The position numbers were made by a program, and so were the translations under genes. From Candidatus Eiseniibacteriota bacterium (GTDB lineage Bacteria > Eisenbacteria > RBG-16-71-46), in assembly GCA_963707915.1 (NCBI GenBank), contig OY970178.1:1312001-1376000 (forward strand): a stretch of 64,000 nucleotides of DNA, read 5' to 3'. The notes beneath the pieces are model-generated. The model did not search any database, had not been told where the DNA came from, and saw only the letters and a program-made list of their open reading frames with translations. Of the stretch, positions 57,389 through 64,000 are shown piece by piece. Each line of letters begins with the position of its first letter. Within the stretch, counting starts at the first letter, position 1.

Positions 57389-60313
57389 CTACCGGGTCAG
57401 GACCAGGGTGCGAGTGAAGCGGCCCTCCGGCGTCGTCAGCCGCGCGTAGTACAGCCCGGGCTGCACGCCCGCGCCGTCCCAGCTCAGCCGGTAGTTGCCG
57501 GCCGCCTGCACCCCGCTCGCCAGCGTCGCCACCTTCCGCCCGTCCACCGAGTACACCGCCAGGCTCACCGCCCCGCCCTTCGCCAGCGCGTAGCTCAGCA
57601 CCGTCGACCCGCGGAACGGGTTCGGCGTCGCCGGCGCGAACTGCGTCGCCAGCGGCGCGCCCGGCACCACCGGCTTCGTTCCCGCCAGTTCCACCGGCCG
57701 GTTGCCCAGGTCACGCGCGTCCAGCTTCGCCAGCACCACCGCCGGCGCGCCGTTCGCCAGCGCCCGGAACGTCACCGTCGCCAGCACGCCCTCGCCCGCC
57801 AGCCCACGGTTCGCTCCCAGCCGCGCCACGTCCACGTTGCCCGCCCCGCTGCTCAACACCACCCCGTCCTGCTCCGTCGCCAGCGCCCCCGCCACCACCG
57901 ACACCGGCTCGGCCACCGCCGCGTCCCAGCCCAGTTGCGCCGAGATCCCCTGCAGGTCCCCCGCGCCCCGCATCCGCAGGCTCACCGCGAACGTCGTCCC
58001 GGCCGCCACCTTCGCCGGGCCCTCCAGCCACAGCTCGTCCCGCGCCACCTGCGGCGACGCCCCCGCCGCCGGCACCCCCTGCGGCGCCGACACCTGCCCG
58101 TGGTTGATCGCGAACATCATCAGGTCTTCGAAGTTGACCTTGTTGTCCGTCGTCGGCCGCGCGTTCACCGAGTAGTTCGTCGTCGGACCCACGTCGAGGC
58201 AGTTCCAGCCCGCCCCGGGCGGGACCACCGCCCCGTAGTGCGCGCCCAGGAAACTGATGTCCGCGATGTCCACCACGTTGTTCCCCGCGCAGTCCGCCAC
58301 GCTGTTGTGCACGTCTCCCAGGTGGTAGTTCAGCGTCCCGCCGGTCTGGTTCGACACCGCCGAGACGTTCCCGCAGCCGTCCTCCACGAACGCCACGTAG
58401 TACCAGAAGTCACGCGCCGTGGTCTCGTCGTCGAACACCGCCACCGGCGCGGTCAGCGTCGCCGCCAGCGTCCACGCCCCTCCCGGCGGGTACGCCGGGG
58501 TCGCCGGCACCCCGCCACCCACGTCGTCGTACTCCGGATAGTTGCCCCAGCCCGCCCGGTACAGGTGCACCTTGGCCGCGTCCGCGGGGGCGGTGAAGGT
58601 CAGCCGCACCTTCGTCGTCCCGTCCCCGTCGTTCCCTGTCCTCACCTGCGCCGCCGCCAGGTTCGCGATCGCCGCCGGTGCGGTGTTGTCGATGGTGATC
58701 GTCGCCGCCGCTCCCGGGATCCCCGCCACCGGCGCGTTGTCCACGTCGCGCACCGTCACCGAGTTCACCGTCACCGTGCCCGTGCCGGTCACCGCGCCGG
58801 CCAGGTTCAACGTGAACAGCGTCCCCGAACCGGTCGCCCCGGCGCTCCCGCCCAGGATCGCGCAGTCCACCGTGTAGACCCCGCCCCCCAGCGACACCAC
58901 CGGCCCGAACTGGGTCGGGCCCACCCCGCTCAGGTAGCCGCCCTCGACGATCCCGCTGCCGCACAGCGCCAGGCCGCCGCCCAGCGTCAGCGTCACGCTG
59001 TAGCCCCGCACCGGCGTCGTGTCCACCCGGTCGAAGTTCACCGGCACCGCCACGCACGCCAGCGCCGGCGTGATGCACGTCGCCGGCGGCTGCGGAGTGA
59101 CCGCGTCCCCCGTGAGCAGCGCCTGGACGACCTCGGCCGAGACCTCGGGGTACTCGCCGCTGCCGTCGTCCACGACGCCGCTGGCCTGGGGGAGCGCCAA
59201 CAGCCACTGCTGGCCCAGGAAGGCGGCGTGCATCGCGATCGGGTCGTCATGACGCTTCGCATACTCGCCCAGCGCCAGCACCGCGTAGGCGGTCGTCTGC
59301 GCGTCCTGCCCGTAGAAGCTGCCGCCGTACGACAGGCCCCATGAGCCGTCGGCCAACTGGCCGTTCACGAGCGTGTCCCGAATGGCGGTGGCCAGGGCGT
59401 CGTCGTCGGTCCGCTGCGACGCATCGAAGACCCGCAGCGCCCCGGCGAGGCCGGTCTGGTGGTAGTTCTGCGCGAAGTCCGACGGGTTCCAGCCCCCCGG
59501 GCCCAGGAGCCCGTTCATGTCGTCCATGAGCACCTGGGAGACCGAGTCCACTTCGGCCTCGTAGGCGGCGGCAGCGCCCGGGAAGGCCAGCGCGAGCGCC
59601 TTCGAGTCGTTCGAGAGCATATGGATGTCCCAGGGCCACATGCCGGAGAGACCCTGGCTGCGGCGGCCCAGACAGACCGTGCGCGCCCGGCCGCCGGCAC
59701 CGCCACGCACGAGGAGCTCGGTGTCGTGCCGGACCTTGATGGTGTCCTTGAGCGCGGCGTTCCCGGTCTTGCCGGCCCAGCGGATGTAGGCCGTGGCGAC
59801 GTCACCGTCCCAGATGCGGAAGTACGGAGTGCCGAGCAATCCCAGGCCGGTCTTCGAGATGCCGGCGAAGACGTCGCTCGTGCCGATGCCGAGGCGCACG
59901 TCACCGGTGAAGATGGCGGCATCGGCAAGACCGCGTCCGATCGGCCCGTAGAGGTTCTCGTACGAGGCGCCGGCCGGATGCCACGTGGCGCCCGTCGTTT
60001 CCCAGTCCCAGCCGCCGTCGTCGGCATCCGAGTCCCCGGGGTCGGCGCCATTGCCGGCGTTGTCGCTGGTGACGTCGGCCTGGAGGTCCACGAGGCGGTT
60101 GCCGACGGCGAGCGCCGCGGCGACCGGGTCGGTGAAGAAGCCGGCCGTGCTCGTCGCACCCAGCGGCGCGAGCCTGAGCGCATCCGCGGGCGCGCGCGAG
60201 GCGTCCGGAACGCCCGGGTAGGGGACGGCGCGCGGGGGGGCTGCATGCGCGAGCGTGACGAAGGCGCAGGCGAGGAGTACCAGGAGAATCGGGAAGAATC
60301 CGGTGCTTCTCAT
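57389..60313 (-). CDS. Large secreted protein: alpha/alpha-barrel-like N-terminal domain plus the shared cohesin-dockerin-cohesin-FlgD cassette
   Basis: GAAAGGA RBS; signal peptide; LVDLQ...DGGW, LVNGQLADGSW, TTAYAVLAL; YPEYDD cassette. Confidence 0.86.
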   Translation of the reverse strand: MRSTGFFPILLVLLACAFVTLAHAAPPRAVPYPGVPDASRAPADALRLAPLGATSTAGFFTDPVAAALAVGNRLVDLQADVTSDNAGNGADPGDSDADDGGWDWETTGATWHPAGASYENLYGPIGRGLADAAIFTGDVRLGIGTSDVFAGISKTGLGLLGTPYFRIWDGDVATAYIRWAGKTGNAALKDTIKVRHDTELLVRGGAGGRARTVCLGRRSQGLSGMWPWDIHMLSNDSKALALAFPGAAAAYEAEVDSVSQVLMDDMNGLLGPGGWNPSDFAQNYHQTGLAGALRVFDASQRTDDDALATAIRDTLVNGQLADGSWGLSYGGSFYGQDAQTTAYAVLALGEYAKRHDDPIAMHAAFLGQQWLLALPQASGVVDDGSGEYPEVSAEVVQALLTGDAVTPQPPATCITPALACVAVPVNFDRVDTTPVRGYSVTLTLGGGLALCGSGIVEGGYLSGVGPTQFGPVVSLGGGVYTVDCAILGGSAGATGSGTLFTLNLAGAVTGTGTVTVNSVTVRDVDNAPVAGIPGAAATITIDNTAPAAIANLAAAQVRTGNDGDGTTKVRLTFTAPADAAKVHLYRAGWGNYPEYDDVGGGVPATPAYPPGGAWTLAATLTAPVAVFDDETTARDFWYYVAFVEDGCGNVSAVSNQTGGTLNYHLGDVHNSVADCAGNNVVDIADISFLGAHYGAVVPPGAGWNCLDVGPTTNYSVNARPTTDNKVNFEDLMMFAINHGQVSAPQGVPAAGASPQVARDELWLEGPAKVAAGTTFAVSLRMRGAGDLQGISAQLGWDAAVAEPVSVVAGALATEQDGVVLSSGAGNVDVARLGANRGLAGEGVLATVTFRALANGAPAVVLAKLDARDLGNRPVELAGTKPVVPGAPLATQFAPATPNPFRGSTVLSYALAKGGAVSLAVYSVDGRKVATLASGVQAAGNYRLSWDGAGVQPGLYYARLTTPEGRFTRTLVLTR

Positions 60314-60692
60314 GGAACGTGTCCTTTCACGCGGCCACGCCGCAGGGCATGCGGCCCTGGGCATGCGGCCCCGCTCTGGAGGTGGGACGACGCTCCGCGC
60401 ATCGGGACTGCCGGTACAACTGCGATCGGGGGGCCACAGGTGAGGCCGGACCTTCGGAACGATCGCGGAGCGATTCAAGGCGAAATAGGGTCAGCGCTTC
60501 CCGGGGGGCGACCTCGGGACCACATCGGTGGCGATCCTGTGGCACATGGGGTACGGCCTCCCACAACGACGGGCACCTTCTGCGTCGGGCGTCGGGGCCA
60601 TAGCGGGGGACGGATGTGAATCCAGGGCCCTCGACCATTCGACCCGCGGGGTTCCGGAGCGATCCGGACAGGTCGAAGTCATGCGAATCCGG

Positions 60693-61229
60693 TCAACGGT
60701 AGAGCGTCTTGACCCTCCCCCAACTCGCCACGCGCGCGGGCGTGGCGGCAATGATGTGCACGATCCCGCCGGTGCAGTCCGGCAGCGTGATGGCGTTGTC
60801 CGAATCGCGGAAGTCCGCTTCGATGCACGGCACCGGGGCTTCCCCGACCGAGACCGCCTTGAAGCGGAAGGACACCAGGACACCGGGCCCCGCGGTCGAG
60901 CCGGTCAACACGGCCGCGTCGTAGAGGACCGAATCCGCGCCCGCACCCGGCGTCACGATGACGTAGTCCGTGTACGGCCTGCCCGTGCCCGTCAGCACGC
61001 CTCCCGCGTCGGCGCCGAGGAACTGCAGCTTCGCCGGATCGAATTGGAACCGGAGGTGGAACCCCTTGAGGTCCTCGAAGGCGTCGGTCACGATCCGCAG
61101 TTCGAGCTCGTCCCCGACGTAGACGCTGGTGTCGGCGGGCGACATGCCGACGGTGACCGCCCGGGCGGGCGCACCGGGGAGCACCACGAAGCAGAGCAGG
61201 ATGAGGACGACCCGCGGCAGATGCTTCAT
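60693..61229 (-). CDS. Stand-alone cohesin-like secreted protein with C-terminal SWGxxKxLYR motif
   Basis: VYVGDELEL...FQFDPAKLQFLGADAG...GPGVLVSFRFKA; ends TPARVASWGRVKTLYR. Confidence 0.82.
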   Translation of the reverse strand: MKHLPRVVLILLCFVVLPGAPARAVTVGMSPADTSVYVGDELELRIVTDAFEDLKGFHLRFQFDPAKLQFLGADAGGVLTGTGRPYTDYVIVTPGAGADSVLYDAAVLTGSTAGPGVLVSFRFKAVSVGEAPVPCIEADFRDSDNAITLPDCTGGIVHIIAATPARVASWGRVKTLYR

Positions 61230-61247
61230 TGCGGCCTTCTCTCGAGG

Positions 61248-62108
61248 CTAGGGCAACAGGACGACCTTCGCGACGGCGCTCGCACCGGGGGATCCCACCA
61301 GCACTCGGTAGACGCCGGGCGCGAGCCTGGTCCCGGCGTCGTCTCGTCCATCCCAGGCGATGCGCCGCGTGCCCGGCGCCGTCGCCCCGTCCTCGAGGTG
61401 CCGCACCGTGCGGCCCTGCACGTCACAGACGATGACCCGCTGCCAGCCGGCGGCCGCGGTCTCGACGAACACGGTCGCGGCCGCCCGGCACGGGTTCGGG
61501 GTCACCCTCAAGCGGGTCTTCCCGGGAGGGGCTCCGGAACCGGGCACTCCCACCGGGACCCCCATCGCGATCGCCGCGTCGGAGGAATGCGAGGGGTTCA
61601 CGAAGAATCCGGCGTTGTAGAACTGGATGTTCCGGATGCTCACCGAGGTCCACTGGGGCGGACCGGAGGAGCGGAAGCGAAGCTTGTAGAGCTGGCCGGG
61701 ACCCGGCAGGAAGAGGCCGTTGCACAGCAGCGAGTGCACGATCACGAGCGAGTCGGCGGCAGTCGTGAAGTTGTGGCTCGTACTCCCGCACGCCGTCTTC
61801 ATGTACGCGCCCTCCTGCAGGGAGAGCGGTGAGGTCGGGAGGAGCGTGAGCGCCGCGGGGTCGTACGCGATGGTCGCGACGTAGGCGTTGAAGAGGCTGC
61901 CGGCCTCGGTCACCTGGAGCTCGAGGGTGAACTCGCTGCCGGGACTCACGTACGCCGAGTCGGGAAGGACGGCGACGGTCACACCCGAGGCGTTCGCGAT
62001 CGCGTGCGGCAGGCATGCCAGCAGCAAGGCCGCGACCCAGCCGAGCACCGGCGGGGAGCCGCGTGGATGCACCTTCGCCCGGAAGTCGTTCGCGCGCTCC
62101 ACCGTCAT
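61248..62108 (-). CDS. Secreted cohesin-like plus FlgD-Ig protein (paralog of 45916-46743)
   Basis: VSPGSEFTL...IAYDPAALTL...LQEGAYMKTACGST...GPGQLYKLRFRS; FlgD tail. Start uncertain (62108, or GTG near 62072). Confidence 0.8.
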   Translation of the reverse strand: MTVERANDFRAKVHPRGSPPVLGWVAALLLACLPHAIANASGVTVAVLPDSAYVSPGSEFTLELQVTEAGSLFNAYVATIAYDPAALTLLPTSPLSLQEGAYMKTACGSTSHNFTTAADSLVIVHSLLCNGLFLPGPGQLYKLRFRSSGPPQWTSVSIRNIQFYNAGFFVNPSHSSDAAIAMGVPVGVPGSGAPPGKTRLRVTPNPCRAAATVFVETAAAGWQRVIVCDVQGRTVRHLEDGATAPGTRRIAWDGRDDAGTRLAPGVYRVLVGSPGASAVAKVVLLP

Positions 62109-62272
62109 CTCGAGCGGGAACGCGCTGACGTCACGTCCCCTGTTGGAGTCGAGTAGCTGGACACGCCCGGGGCCGGTCGAATCCGGACCGGGCGGCCACC
62201 AGTTCCCTCGAAGACAAGCTCGAATCCGCGGGGCGCAGGAAGCTCCACGAACCTGGGGGAGGAACGCAAACA

Positions 62273-62301
62273 ACCATACGGCCTGAGCCGTGGCCGTTCA
62301 A
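62273..62301 (-). promoter_or_regulatory. Sigma70 promoter heading the cohesin cluster
   Basis: TTGAAC-17nt-TATGGT in the gap between lon and the cluster. Confidence 0.65.
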
Positions 62302-62416
62302 GCAATGATTCCGCCGTCTCCCATCGGAGGCACCGCCTACCTGACCGTGGCACCCCGTGCCGGCCGGGCGACCGTGCCTGCGTCGCGGGAACGATCACGC
62401 CGGGCGCGGCCCCGGG

Positions 62417-64000
<1,584 letters not shown>

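Noticed and set aside
59095..60240. Squalene-hopene cyclase or alpha-2-macroglobulin call
   Set aside because: The protein is secreted and too short, with no catalytic DXDD context or CGEQ thioester. Only a fold-level resemblance is kept.
60314..60692. 380-bp leader of the alpha-barrel gene as a possible riboswitch (e.g. c-di-GMP)
   Set aside because: No diagnostic aptamer motifs seen by eye.
45916..62108. Diversity-generating retroelement behind the shared cassettes
   Set aside because: The window has no reverse transcriptase, and I saw no non-coding template repeat with adenine-specific mismatches.

Overview
A very GC-rich bacterial chromosomal window with almost all genes on the minus strand. 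Seven secreted proteins end in a FlgD-Ig / T9SS-CTD-like tail, one ends in SWGxxKxLYR, and there is a complete moxR-bat operon. Together these point to an FCB-group candidate lineage such as Ca. Eisenbacteria (inference only). In order, the window holds: zwf (partial) and gnd; an NHL lipoprotein; a redox cluster (YceI, a Cyc2-like CxxCH-porin, a monoheme cytochrome c lipoprotein, a FlgD-tailed protein and a circularly permuted cupredoxin); a five-gene type III PKS / methyltransferase / ACP / FAAL / flavoprotein operon; several secreted proteins, a dienelactone hydrolase and an NCS1 transporter; a cold-shock gene; a yybP-ykoY (Mn) riboswitch ahead of a CaCA-family exchanger; a signalling block (MFS remnant, PP2C phosphatase, propeller protein, tkt, tandem ECF sigma factors, NarL-type two-component system); moxR-DUF58-batABDE; serC and a serA-like gene; and a partial lon. 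The most striking region is a ~16 kb six-gene cluster (45916-62301) of secreted cohesin-like and dockerin-like proteins. Three giant proteins with unrelated N-terminal payloads share one C-terminal cassette (cohesin-like, YPEYDD domain, insertion-expanded dockerin, cohesin-like, FlgD), and small stand-alone cohesin proteins flank them. This looks like a cellulosome-style surface scaffold with no recognisable CAZymes. I saw no rRNA, tRNA, CRISPR array or transposase. All family assignments come from motif recognition by eye, not database searches.
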